A program made the position numbers and the translations under genes. Of a stretch of 64,000 bases of DNA, positions 29,393 through 39,234 are shown piece after piece. The DNA is from an uncultured delta proteobacterium (GTDB lineage Bacteria > Desulfobacterota > RBG-13-43-22): assembly GCA_963782435.1 (NCBI GenBank), contig CAWAKF010000030.1:84573-148572 (forward strand), written 5' to 3'. Positions within the stretch are counted from its first letter, which is position 1, and each line of letters starts with the position of its first letter. The notes under the pieces are model-generated. The model ran no database searches. It was not told the DNA's origin and saw only the letters and a list, made by a program, of their open reading frames with translations.

Positions 29393-30319
29393 TTACTTCA
29401 GCCCCAAAAGCGCAGCGGCATTCCCGCCAAGGATCCCATCAATTTCTTTTTTGGTAAAACTAATCCCGGCCGGGGCCTTTTCCGGCAGGTCTTTAAGTAA
29501 TTGAATCAAGGTTTTTGTCGGAACAACGGCCGAGGCCATGGGATTATCCGTTCCAAAAAGCACCTTGGATGGGCCGGCATAATCGAGAATATCCCGAAGT
29601 TCACGGCAAAATAGATTATAATGGGTAAAGGTATAGTGATCCCACATGGCCAGATCGCCGTAAAGATTCGGCTGGCGGGCGGCCAAAGAGGCCCAGGGAC
29701 GCCAGTTGATCATGCCCATGTGGGCGGCGATCACTTTGAGATCCGGGAAGTCAACTGCCAGATCGGACAATTCCAGGGCTTCGGCATATTTACTTCTGGA
29801 TGGAGGTCCCAGTGGACTGGTGTGGGTCAACAGGATGCCGTTGTATTTGACCAGGACCTCCAGGAGTTTATACGATTCCGGCCCACAAGGATAATAGCCG
29901 TCGTCCGGGTGATATTTTAATCCCCTCACCCCATACTCCTCAAAGCACTGTCTCAACATATCGGGGGCCTCAGGTCTTCTCGGGTCCACACCGGCCAAGG
30001 CCATGATCCGGCCCGGATTTTTTCGGGCGATGTCACCGATGATTTTATTACCCCTCTGCATGTTCTCCGGTTTGATTTGGGTAATATTGGCATTGTCTAC
30101 CATGCAAATCAAGGTCAGATCGATCCCCGCATCCTCCATAATAGCTAGAACCCCCTCGCCGGAAGGGTCAGGCCAGGTTGTTGAAACCTTTTTGATCAGT
30201 GCTTCCGGATCGATTTCCTTACCCAGTTCCTGGGCCTGGTGGATAGCGGATTTGGCCAGATTCCTGCACATGTTTTCTGAAAGTTTGGGAAATAAATGAT
30301 AATGGACGTCGATGATCAT
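29393..30319 (-). CDS. amidohydrolase family (Amidohydro_2) protein
   Basis: IDVHYH, GLKYHP, AHMG, LFGTD, GGNAA. Confidence 0.9.
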   Translation of the reverse strand: MIIDVHYHLFPKLSENMCRNLAKSAIHQAQELGKEIDPEALIKKVSTTWPDPSGEGVLAIMEDAGIDLTLICMVDNANITQIKPENMQRGNKIIGDIARKNPGRIMALAGVDPRRPEAPDMLRQCFEEYGVRGLKYHPDDGYYPCGPESYKLLEVLVKYNGILLTHTSPLGPPSRSKYAEALELSDLAVDFPDLKVIAAHMGMINWRPWASLAARQPNLYGDLAMWDHYTFTHYNLFCRELRDILDYAGPSKVLFGTDNPMASAVVPTKTLIQLLKDLPEKAPAGISFTKKEIDGILGGNAAALLGLK

Positions 30320-30431
30320 GTTTTTCTCCTTATCTTAAATTTATTTGGGAAGTTTAATATAACGCTTCAGGCGATCCCTGAACCTATCCTTTTTTTAAAA
30401 GGGCTCTTTGGGGGCTTAAACCATTAGCTAT

Positions 30432-31538
30432 TCACACTATCGGTTGATGCAATGATCGGCATTGTTCCGCAGCTTGCCTCTTTTTTATGAGGGACCAATC
30501 CTGCACTTTGGTCAGGGCCTGGTCGGCAAAGTGTGGTTGTTCGCGGGGGTCGTACTCCTCAAAGATTGCACCCCGGGCATCCGCAAATACCGCTCTGCCG
30601 ATAGGATTGCGTATGATGACGGTTGTCCAGCCTTCCTCGGACCCGATACCCCCGAAAGAGATATCGGCATATTCAGCGGAATAATCATCACAATAAAGGC
30701 AGGCCTGCCTTTTCATAAACCCAATGTGATCTAAGGGGAGGTAGCGGATTTCCTGGTTCGATAAATGGATCATGAGATCTTCCTTAACATTCACCTTTAC
30801 CACATCCTCCCACTTGAAATGGCCAAGATTTTCAAGACGCCGGCGCTGTTCTTCGCCGAAGGAAAAGTTCCCCGTGCAGAAGAGACCGAAATAATATTTT
30901 ATTGAATCCGAGGGGATGATCCCAAGAACTTCCATACGCCGCAGCGCGTTTATTTGACAAGGGGTTCCGACAAAAGCGACCCTTTTGAGACGTTGTTTGG
31001 CTATTTGTTCAAGCTTGGCCATGGAAGGGGAGTAGGTTGAATACTCCTCGGAGAACATGGCCATGCCATGGGAAGTGTCGAAGTGAAACCCGGCAGCTTC
31101 AATGAGGTCCATCCGGGATAGGGCCAGCCAGGGTTGGCGACTGAAGATGCCTACTTTTTTACTGACCACGGCACCATCAATCTTTCCTTTGCTTAACAGA
31201 TGGACCAATAGGCTGGTCACTATACCGCCGTCAGTGGCCCGGTCAAGAATCTCCCGGTCTAAGGAACGGGCCTTCGTCAATTTAAGGATGCGCCCCATAG
31301 GAGCACTCCAGCCAACAAGATCTTTAGTTTCCTGTTCCAGTTCATTGATAACCGGACAAACCAAATAGCATAGACCGCACTCAATGCATTTTTCTTTGTC
31401 CGTATACATGGGTTTGCCATCCTCATCAAGCCCAAGGGCTCCGTAATTGATGGCAGTACAAAACGTGACACAACCTCCGCAGTGGTGACAAAGACCCGGT
31501 TCCTGGACTTCTTTGATCAGATTAGAAAACGTTTTCAT
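30432..31538 (-). CDS. coenzyme F420 hydrogenase/dehydrogenase beta-subunit (FrhB/FpoF-like) with N-terminal ferredoxin
   Basis: CHHCGGCVTFC, CIECGLCYLVCP, DGGIVT, VGTPCQ, GLFC, CLYCDD, ADISFG. Confidence 0.9.
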   Translation of the reverse strand: MKTFSNLIKEVQEPGLCHHCGGCVTFCTAINYGALGLDEDGKPMYTDKEKCIECGLCYLVCPVINELEQETKDLVGWSAPMGRILKLTKARSLDREILDRATDGGIVTSLLVHLLSKGKIDGAVVSKKVGIFSRQPWLALSRMDLIEAAGFHFDTSHGMAMFSEEYSTYSPSMAKLEQIAKQRLKRVAFVGTPCQINALRRMEVLGIIPSDSIKYYFGLFCTGNFSFGEEQRRRLENLGHFKWEDVVKVNVKEDLMIHLSNQEIRYLPLDHIGFMKRQACLYCDDYSAEYADISFGGIGSEEGWTTVIIRNPIGRAVFADARGAIFEEYDPREQPHFADQALTKVQDWSLIKKRQAAEQCRSLHQPIV

Positions 31539-31716
31539 AACGCATCCTCGCCTATGCTAAAAATTATTTTAATATGATTCGGATATCTTTTTCAAAAATG
31601 GATTGGACGTTAAGGGCTTGATTTTATCTGTAAAGAGTTTAAGATAGGTTATACAAAAGGTCAAGCAGAAAGACCGGAAGGCTGAAAAAAGGGGAAGGGC
31701 AGGCGGGTTCAGGAAG

Positions 31717-32127
31717 ATGGAAATCAAACCTATTGGTTTTGTTCATACGGATGCGGTCTCACTCCCGAGGCATTGGTCTGTTTCCGATGTCCAAGGAAAC
31801 CTCGATATCCTCCCGGAATACAAGGCGGCTCTCAAAGACATCTCAATCGGGCAGCATATTGTTGTCCTTTTTCTGTTTCACAAAAGTCCCGAATTTTCAT
31901 CTGACTATCTTTTTCAAACCCCACCGCATCAAAAGGAGAAAAAGGGTGTCTTCAGCATCTGCTCACCGGTGAGACCGAATCCTGTCGGTTTGTCCGTGGT
32001 GGAAGTTTTGGATATCAATGACGGCAGAATTACCGTAAAGGGAATCGATATGCTTAATGGAACGCCCGTCATTGACATAAAACCCTTTATCCGGAGTAAA
32101 GAGGACTGCCCGAGCTACAAGACCTGA
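31717..32127 (+). CDS. tsaA: tRNA m6t6A37 methyltransferase TsaA/TrmO family
   Basis: IKPIG, GVFS.CSP.RPNPVGLS, DMLNGTPVIDIKP. Confidence 0.88.
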   Translation: MEIKPIGFVHTDAVSLPRHWSVSDVQGNLDILPEYKAALKDISIGQHIVVLFLFHKSPEFSSDYLFQTPPHQKEKKGVFSICSPVRPNPVGLSVVEVLDINDGRITVKGIDMLNGTPVIDIKPFIRSKEDCPSYKT

Positions 32128-32158
32128 CGCAAAAGAAAAATGGCTCCGGGATATTTAA

Positions 32159-32884
32159 ATGAACAGCAAAATAATTTCAAAGTTCAAAGCTAAACGATCC
32201 ATCAGACCAAGCAATAACCGAATCCGTCCATGGAGACCTCCATGGGTCCCTATGGGATCGATTCTCCATAAAGAGATAAACATTCATCCCCATGTTCCGG
32301 AAGAAAGAGCTGACCTTTTTTTAAATTTTAATACCGGTTCAAGCGAAATCGAGGTGCTTAATTGGCTGTATTCAACCATCTGTCTATTAAAGCCTGAAAA
32401 TATCCTGGAAACCGGAGCGGCCCACGGATTTGGGACTATAGCCCTTGCCTCGGCCTGTAAGGCAAACGGTTTTGGAACTGTTTATTCGGTGGAAATTGAT
32501 CCCTCTTTCTGTCAAGCAGTGGAAGAAAAGGTGAGGAAATTAGGTTTGCAGAAATTTACCAGAATCATTTGTGATGATTCATTGGCCTTTCTTGCTAAAA
32601 CCCCCTTAGTTTTTGATGTAGGATATTTCGATAGCCTTTGTGAAATTCGGGGAAAAGAATTTGCAATTTCACTGGATCGGGGCATTCTTAAAAAAATGGC
32701 GGTTTTCCATGATACCTCTCCCCATCGATATCAATCATTAATGGATATTTCAGAAAAGTCTCTTCATGAAAAATATCGAAGTGATCTTTATCAAATGAGT
32801 GCATCCGAAAAATGCTCGGGTATTTTTGAGTCAAGCTTGTCACGGGGGATTATAATAATCCCCATAAAACGTCAAGGCTCTTAA
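32159..32884 (+). CDS. class I SAM methyltransferase (Methyltransf_24-like), AT-rich
   Basis: LKPENILETGAAHG, SVEID, DS, FHDT. Confidence 0.75.
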   Translation: MNSKIISKFKAKRSIRPSNNRIRPWRPPWVPMGSILHKEINIHPHVPEERADLFLNFNTGSSEIEVLNWLYSTICLLKPENILETGAAHGFGTIALASACKANGFGTVYSVEIDPSFCQAVEEKVRKLGLQKFTRIICDDSLAFLAKTPLVFDVGYFDSLCEIRGKEFAISLDRGILKKMAVFHDTSPHRYQSLMDISEKSLHEKYRSDLYQMSASEKCSGIFESSLSRGIIIIPIKRQGS

Positions 32885-32951
32885 GGAGTTTTATTCGGCC
32901 CAAGGGAATTTGAGGTAAGGGCACTGAGTGGCTAAATTTTTCTCCCCCTTC

Positions 32952-33599
32952 CTACGTTCTTTTCCGGATTTCTTTAGCCGGGACGCCGGCAGCAAGGACA
33001 TCATCCGCAATACTTTTGGTAATCACGCTTCCGGCCCCGATCAAGCAGTTCTTGCCGATGGTAACCCCGTTGACCGAACAGGAACCGACCCCGATAAAGG
33101 TATCGCTTAACACTTTAACATAGCCGGGCAGATGGACGCCGGCCCCCATGATGACGTTTTCGTAGATGATACTATCATGGTCGATGGTCACGGCGCTGTT
33201 CAGAATGGTGTGATCGCCGATGACTACCCCGGGACCGATAATAACCCCGGGTGCAATCAAACAGCCTTTCCCGATTTCGGCGCTTTTGGAAATGAGGGCT
33301 GAGGGATGGATGATGGTGATCGGGTTCAAGGACAGGTCTTTAATCTGCTGGATCCGTTCCTTCCTCTTTTCCATCGGGCTCATGGCGATGATGACCCCAA
33401 AAGGGCCGGCTTTTTCTTGAATCTTTCCCGGGAATTGGGATCCCTGAAAAACCGGAAATCCGGCAGCATCCCCCACTAAAAATCTGCTGCCCTCTCCCCA
33501 CTCGACAAATCCGATCAACTCCAGATCCTCTATAGATCCCAGAATATCCGGGATGATCCTGGCCTGGGGATCTGCTCCCAGCACTAATACTTTTTTCAT
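32952..33599 (-). CDS. NeuD/PglD-family sugar O/N-acetyltransferase (hexapeptide repeats)
   Basis: IIHPSALIS, IDHD, GAGSVITK, GVPAK. Confidence 0.9.
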   Translation of the reverse strand: MKKVLVLGADPQARIIPDILGSIEDLELIGFVEWGEGSRFLVGDAAGFPVFQGSQFPGKIQEKAGPFGVIIAMSPMEKRKERIQQIKDLSLNPITIIHPSALISKSAEIGKGCLIAPGVIIGPGVVIGDHTILNSAVTIDHDSIIYENVIMGAGVHLPGYVKVLSDTFIGVGSCSVNGVTIGKNCLIGAGSVITKSIADDVLAAGVPAKEIRKRT

Positions 33600-33622
33600 A
33601 GTTCACCCCATTCAGGTAGATA

Positions 33623-33812
33623 GACTGAAGGCCGAAGGCTGAAGGGAACAGACGGCAATAGATTGTTGTTATATTTTTATTTTCCGGCTTGTTTCAACTG
33701 TTAACTTTCTTTTGAAACTAACCGAAAGTTATGATCACCCGATGAATAAAAACGGTTCATCAGGCTGGTTTGCTTTTCCTTCAGTCTTCAGCCTTTCCAC
33801 CTGAGTTGTTAC
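33623..33812. repeat. period-7 inverted-arm repeat
   Basis: gactgaa ggccgaa ggctgaa ggg / cct tcagtct tcagcct; ends cacctgagttgttac. Confidence 0.75.
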
Positions 33813-33818
33813 AAATAA

Positions 33819-35114
33819 TCAATTCAAATGATTGACCACCCAGTTATACGTTTCAGAACCCCAGTTCCATTTGATCCGGCCTTCCTTTCTGGCCTTTTCA
33901 GCAGTGGAGGCCAGCCAACTGGAGAAAGTCTTTTCTCCCAAAATAATCCTTTGTTGCCTGGAAAGGGGATGTTGGGGTTCCTTGCCGGTAATTTTCAAGA
34001 TAAAAAATCCCTTGACAGTGTTCAGGGGAGGGGAAACCTGGCCGATGGGAAGATTAAAAGCTATGTCATCAATTACCTTTCCCCTTGGAGACTTTTCGAT
34101 CACCTTGATGATCCAAAAACCTTCCGGGGATTGAATTGGGTTGCTCACTTCTCCGGGATTAAGGGCATAGGCTTCAGCGGCATAGGGTTTTCCCTCTTGA
34201 AAATCGGCCGAATTCCAACCCAGATAGCCGCCTTCTTTGGCGGTTTCCTGATCCAATGAATAGGATCGGGCCAGTTTTCCAATATCCTGCCCGGATAGGA
34301 CCATTTCCCTGATTTTATCGGCCTCGGCCTTGGTTTTGGTCAAAATGCCCACAGCGCGTAATTGTCCCGAGGTCATTAATTCATCTACCCCTTTGGGAAT
34401 CCAGCCCAAATCCCCCCCTTTTTTAGCAGAATCGAGATCTATAGAAATTTCTTTTGCCAACCGGGAAAAGTCTTCCCCCTTTTGCAATCTGATCCTGGCT
34501 GCTTTAGCCTGTGCGGCAGTTCCCGTGATGATGACAGATAAATGAATTTCTTCGGCTTGTTCCGGTGTTCTTTTCAGAAAGGAAAGTAAAAGCTTGCCCC
34601 GGAAAATATCGGCCTGAACCAACGAGCGGTATTCCTTTTCCGTAAGCCCCATTCTTCTGAGCAAAGAAGTGTAAAGCTCTTCAAAATTACCTTCGGCCGG
34701 GGCCGAGGCCATGACCCTTCTTTTGACTTCCTGCTCCAGTTCCTGTTCCGAAACATTGATGTTTTGTTTTAAAGCCTCCTGCCTGATCAGTTCTTCATTT
34801 TGTATATCCTGCAGGAGGGTGGTCGTTGCCTCCAACTGATTGGTGCCGGTGGCAGACGGATTCAGGCGGAGTCTTTTGATCAGGTCCTGGGTGGTAATGC
34901 GAACCTCACCTACCTGCAGAACCGTTTTTCTCTTGGGGGCTATGGTCTTAAAATAGAACGGAAGGCCTATGATGAGACAGACCAGTAGAACATATGACGC
35001 TGTGATAAGGATAATCCTTTTGCTTCCGGATTTTCCAGAAGATGTTGCTTGGAAATCAGACTTGATGTCGGGTTGGTTAGAAAATCCGTTACCTTCCATT
35101 TTTTCTTTTTTCAT
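33819..35114 (-). CDS. membrane-anchored peptidyl-prolyl isomerase (SurA/PrsA-like, parvulin domains)
   Basis: N-terminal TM helix; GEDFSRLAKEISID..SAKKGGDLGW, EGGYLGW, GEVSNPI. Confidence 0.85.
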   Translation of the reverse strand: MKKEKMEGNGFSNQPDIKSDFQATSSGKSGSKRIILITASYVLLVCLIIGLPFYFKTIAPKRKTVLQVGEVRITTQDLIKRLRLNPSATGTNQLEATTTLLQDIQNEELIRQEALKQNINVSEQELEQEVKRRVMASAPAEGNFEELYTSLLRRMGLTEKEYRSLVQADIFRGKLLLSFLKRTPEQAEEIHLSVIITGTAAQAKAARIRLQKGEDFSRLAKEISIDLDSAKKGGDLGWIPKGVDELMTSGQLRAVGILTKTKAEADKIREMVLSGQDIGKLARSYSLDQETAKEGGYLGWNSADFQEGKPYAAEAYALNPGEVSNPIQSPEGFWIIKVIEKSPRGKVIDDIAFNLPIGQVSPPLNTVKGFFILKITGKEPQHPLSRQQRIILGEKTFSSWLASTAEKARKEGRIKWNWGSETYNWVVNHLN

Positions 35115-35661
35115 TTCTTATTATGCTGGGAGGAGGGTAGGGTGGTTCCTGGACCAACCTCATCAGCACCTCGCAATAGATGTTGTGCATAATATAAAGT
35201 ACAGGACTGTTTTTTAAGTTAACATAATATTGATCCCCTTGGGGGGTTTGGGAGCCAAAATAAATCTCCAGGGGTTCAGACCGGGTCTGTATGTTAAGGG
35301 TCACGATCATTCGGGGGTTGTTAAGTCCAAATTGCGTCAGATCATCCACTTTTTCAGAAATCATCCTCTTTGATTTCGGCCCGGAGACAAGCTGAACGAT
35401 CCCTCCCCAGCGTTTTATGTCCACTGGAAGCTGGTCCTTATCTTCGAAACGCCACTTCTCCTCCTTGTCCTTGAAAAAAGCGACGTCTTGGTGAGTTAAA
35501 GGTAATCGAATCCTTATCCGTTCTATCTTTCCTTCTTCCACCGACCACATTTGGGGCCGATTTTCGGCTTTTCCTCCGGATTCAACCTTGAGGAAATAAT
35601 AGGCAGTTCCGGCCAGCAGAATCAAAAGACCGGAAAGGATTAGAATCGGTTTAGCCTTCAT
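35089..35661 (-). CDS. DUF4340 domain protein
   Basis: N-terminal anchor, DLTQFGLNNP, G..TPQG..YYV; follows gldG-like gene. Confidence 0.8.
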   Translation of the reverse strand: MKAKPILILSGLLILLAGTAYYFLKVESGGKAENRPQMWSVEEGKIERIRIRLPLTHQDVAFFKDKEEKWRFEDKDQLPVDIKRWGGIVQLVSGPKSKRMISEKVDDLTQFGLNNPRMIVTLNIQTRSEPLEIYFGSQTPQGDQYYVNLKNSPVLYIMHNIYCEVLMRLVQEPPYPPPSIIRNEKRKNGR

Positions 35662-35737
35662 GAGTATATTTTTTACTCTATAACTCTTAGAATTTATCTT
35701 TAATTTTTAGCACAATTTTAAAAAAGTTGCCCAGACC

Positions 35738-37369
35738 TTACCGCTTTTTCCACCAGATCACCCCACCCAGGATCAACATTAAAAGTGGCAAAAAAAACAA
35801 ACTGGAATAACGAATGAATCTCAGTTCATTTTGGTTGATCAGGAGTTTTCTGAAGGAGTACGGTTTCGGCCGGATAGAAATCAGATTTTCTTCTTCGGAC
35901 AACCAGTTGACCGCATTCAGGAAAAGATCGCCGTTCCCACCGTTTCGGATATGGAGGTTGGAGGCGAAATCCGAATCGCCGACAACGATCAACCTGGTCA
36001 ATTTATCTTTTTTCCCCGGTACGGGAGTGGTTGAACTTGATCCAACAGGACCTCCGGCAATGATCATGGCGCCCAGAGCTTGGGGACCTTTATTTTTTTC
36101 CAGTCGATTAGAGTCCTTTCCCGACTTATCCAGCCAGCTCTCCGGCGTTGAAAGCAGGGTCGGCAGAATAGCCAGGTTCCGGTATTGAATCGCCCTTAGG
36201 GGCCAGCCGGTCTTAACCTGCCCTTCTTTTTGCATGGCTTCCAAAACCCTTGAAAGTTCGCTGGTCAGTACGAAGGAAACGGCTCCCGGGAAATAGGTGG
36301 TATCAAGACCTCTGGTAATAACTACCGAAGGATAGTGACCCTTGAATACGGCCGGGACGGCCATGTCCGGGGCTACATAGGCCCCGGGATCCATGACCCG
36401 TCCCTCATTGACGGCTAAGCCCCATTCGCCCAGGAGGTCCTTAAGCTCTTCCGGAGGATGTGGATCGATCAGCATCAGGATCTTCCCGTTATTGACTAAA
36501 TAAGCCCGGATGACCTTGACGGTTTCTTGGGGCAGATCTTTTTTGGTCCCGGCCATTATTAATACGGCGCAATCTCTGGGAATTTCACTCGAAAGGGTCA
36601 GATTGAGGGTCCTGACCTGGTAAAGGTCCCGGATTAAACCTTTTCGGGCTTCACTGTATCCATCATCATTTTCCTGATTCAGGTCATGCTCCCCGTTTCC
36701 GGTCAGGAAATAAACTTGTTTGGCCTGGATCCCGGAGATCTCCAGCAGGGCATTGGTAAATTGTTGTTCAGTTGGATCAGTTACGGTTTTTTGCCGCCCA
36801 AGGCCATCAAAAATAATCGTCCCATGGGCGACTACTTTATATTGGTTAGCCTGGGCCGGGTTTGCTTCCGGGTCAATGAATTGGAATGTGATTTTTTTAT
36901 TGATGTAACGATATTCTTCCAGGAGCTCCCGGGTACTTCTTTTCGCCTCTTCATAGGCCGGATCATCCGGAAAAAAACAAAGGACTTTTACCGTTTCCTT
37001 CAATCCCTTGACAATATTGATTGTCTGGGGAGCCAGGGTGAATTTCCCGGAAGCAGTTAAGTCGAACCGGTGGTGTTTGATAATCCCCAGAATATTGGCC
37101 AGGATCAAAACAGCGATGAAAAGCAGGATCAGTATCAGGGTATTTAACCCATACCGGGCCTGTTTACTGACTAAAAAGATCAGAATGGATTTCCACGACC
37201 CGATGACGGCAAATAATAACAAAAGAAGCCCAAGAATCAACAAACCGAAGACGGATTCTGTCAACTCGGGGAGAAAGAAACGGACCGGGAGGATCAGAAA
37301 CAGGCTGATCACCCCCAATACCCCAGTTTCTTTTTTAAAGTTAGATATAACGGAAATGATCGATCCCAT
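35738..37369 (-). CDS. GldG-family ABC auxiliary protein
   Basis: RFDLT...FTLAPQT, FIDPE, VYFLTGNGE, VVGDSDF, NGDLFLNAVNWL. Confidence 0.88.
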   Translation of the reverse strand: MGSIISVISNFKKETGVLGVISLFLILPVRFFLPELTESVFGLLILGLLLLLFAVIGSWKSILIFLVSKQARYGLNTLILILLFIAVLILANILGIIKHHRFDLTASGKFTLAPQTINIVKGLKETVKVLCFFPDDPAYEEAKRSTRELLEEYRYINKKITFQFIDPEANPAQANQYKVVAHGTIIFDGLGRQKTVTDPTEQQFTNALLEISGIQAKQVYFLTGNGEHDLNQENDDGYSEARKGLIRDLYQVRTLNLTLSSEIPRDCAVLIMAGTKKDLPQETVKVIRAYLVNNGKILMLIDPHPPEELKDLLGEWGLAVNEGRVMDPGAYVAPDMAVPAVFKGHYPSVVITRGLDTTYFPGAVSFVLTSELSRVLEAMQKEGQVKTGWPLRAIQYRNLAILPTLLSTPESWLDKSGKDSNRLEKNKGPQALGAMIIAGGPVGSSSTTPVPGKKDKLTRLIVVGDSDFASNLHIRNGGNGDLFLNAVNWLSEEENLISIRPKPYSFRKLLINQNELRFIRYSSLFFLPLLMLILGGVIWWKKR

Positions 37370-38080
37370 TTACCGCCATCTCCTGGATTCAATGGACCTC
37401 AAGGTCAAGAAAAGAAAAATCAAGGCCACGCTCAAAAAATAAATGACCCCAGTGCTGTCGATGATTCCCCGATTGAAAGAAGGGAAATAGGTAGAGAGGG
37501 AGATCGTTTGAAATATCCTTCCCGTCCAAGTCCCGCCTATACTCCCGGCTTGTCCAATGAACCATAAAAAAAGAACCAGGGCACTGGCCATTATATAAGC
37601 TACGATCTGATTAGCCGTGAGTGATGAGGCAAAAAGGCCTATGGAGAGAAAAACCGCCCCCAACAGAAAGATCCCCAGATATCCGCTGAAGAGAGGGCCT
37701 GCATCCGGGTGGCCGAAAAAGGCAAGAAGGAAGGGATAATAGAGCGAAAGAATTAACATCAAGGAAAAAACGCCCAAGGCGGCGAGATATTTTCCTATAA
37801 CGATCTCAAAATCCCTCAGCGGTGCGGTCAAAAGCAGTTCCAGGGTCCCCAGTTTTTCTTCTTCGGAGAATAAGCGGACGGTCAAGGCCGGGCCGAGAAA
37901 GAGCAGAAAAAAACCTCCCCAATTCAAGAATCCCTGAATGGAGGACTCCAGATAAGTGGCCGGAGACCATCCAAAGCCGTATCCGGTAACCAATAGAAAG
38001 ACAGCGATGATGATATAAAACGAAGGGGCGCCAAGAAAGGCATGAAATTCTTTTCCGGCGATGGCAATGATGTTCCTCAT
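37370..38080 (-). CDS. GldF-like ABC-2 permease
   Basis: EEEKLGTLELLLTAP, IVIGKY, SSLTANQIVA. Confidence 0.9.
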   Translation of the reverse strand: MRNIIAIAGKEFHAFLGAPSFYIIIAVFLLVTGYGFGWSPATYLESSIQGFLNWGGFFLLFLGPALTVRLFSEEEKLGTLELLLTAPLRDFEIVIGKYLAALGVFSLMLILSLYYPFLLAFFGHPDAGPLFSGYLGIFLLGAVFLSIGLFASSLTANQIVAYIMASALVLFLWFIGQAGSIGGTWTGRIFQTISLSTYFPSFNRGIIDSTGVIYFLSVALIFLFLTLRSIESRRWR

Positions 38081-38083
38081 GAT

Positions 38084-39019
38084 TTACTCCTTATCCTGTT
38101 TGGTCAGCCGGAGAAAAATGTCTTCCAGACTCATTTCTTTGGTCGTTAACCCCAAAAGACGAAATCCTCCCTTCATGATCGCTGAAGTCAAGGCATCCCG
38201 GATATCCCTTCCGGCTTGGGTTTCCACCCAGAAGCGTCTTTCCTCCCCCCTTCCTTTCGCCCTTACGGTTACGACGCCTTCAACCTTCGCAATCAGATCC
38301 AATATCTTTTTCTCATCCCCGGCAGCTTCAATCTCAAATTTATGGGTCCCTTCGATTCCGGCGGCCAGCTTATCCGGGCGGTCCACGGCGATGATACGGC
38401 CCTGATCCATGACCATGATTCTTTCACAGATCATACTCACTTCGGGAAGGATGTGGCTGCTAAGGATCACGGTGTGTTTTCGGCCGTATTCCTTAATAAG
38501 GTTTCGGATGTGAACCACCTGCCGGGGATCGATGCCGATAGTCGGTTCATCCAGAATCAGGACTTCCGGTTCATGGATAATGGCTTGAGCGATGCCGACG
38601 AGCTGTCTGTACCCTTTCGAAAGTCTGGTGATGGGAGATTGTTCATATTCGGCCAAACGACACAGTTTAAGGACCTCTTTAATCCTTATATCCCGCTGTT
38701 TCCCGATGACCCCACGTATGGTAGCCAGAAATCGAAGAAAAGCGCTGACAGTCATTTCCCTGTACAGGGGAACGCTTTCCGGGAGGTATCCAATTCGTTT
38801 TCGGACCTGGATGGGTTCTTTAGAAAGATCAAAGCCGGCTATTCTAACTTTTCCGGTGTCGGGGGGCAAAAAGCCTGTCAGTATACGCATGGTCGTTGTT
38901 TTCCCGGCCCCATTGGGACCGAGAAAACCGACGATTTCCCCTTTTTTTATTTGGAAACTAACTCCCTTGAGGGCTTGAAAGGACCCGTAATATTTGGTTA
39001 GGTTTTCGGCTTCGATCAA
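38084..39019 (-). CDS. GldA-like ABC exporter ATP-binding protein
   Basis: GPNGAGKTT, LSKGYRQ, LDEPT, SSH. Confidence 0.93.
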   Translation of the reverse strand: MIEAENLTKYYGSFQALKGVSFQIKKGEIVGFLGPNGAGKTTTMRILTGFLPPDTGKVRIAGFDLSKEPIQVRKRIGYLPESVPLYREMTVSAFLRFLATIRGVIGKQRDIRIKEVLKLCRLAEYEQSPITRLSKGYRQLVGIAQAIIHEPEVLILDEPTIGIDPRQVVHIRNLIKEYGRKHTVILSSHILPEVSMICERIMVMDQGRIIAVDRPDKLAAGIEGTHKFEIEAAGDEKKILDLIAKVEGVVTVRAKGRGEERRFWVETQAGRDIRDALTSAIMKGGFRLLGLTTKEMSLEDIFLRLTKQDKE

Positions 39020-39101
39020 TTTGCCCCCAATTCGTCTTTCAAAAAAATGAATCTGCTGGTATATCTTCTGAAAATTGGTTTCTGATAAATGAAGGGAACC
39101 A

Positions 39102-39221
39102 GAGGTCTAAGGTGCAAGGTTAAAGGTGCAAGATTGAAGAAGAACCCTTTCCATGGATCGTGGACTGGGAACCTTACACCGGCAGATACAAATCCTTGAA
39201 CCCTTGAATCTTCGAACCCTT
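39102..39221. repeat. period-7 plus period-8 repeat tracts
   Basis: gaggtct aaggtgc aaggtta aaggtgc aagattg ... atccttga acccttga atcttcga accctt. Confidence 0.75.
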
Positions 39222-39234
39222 TTATTCATTTTTA

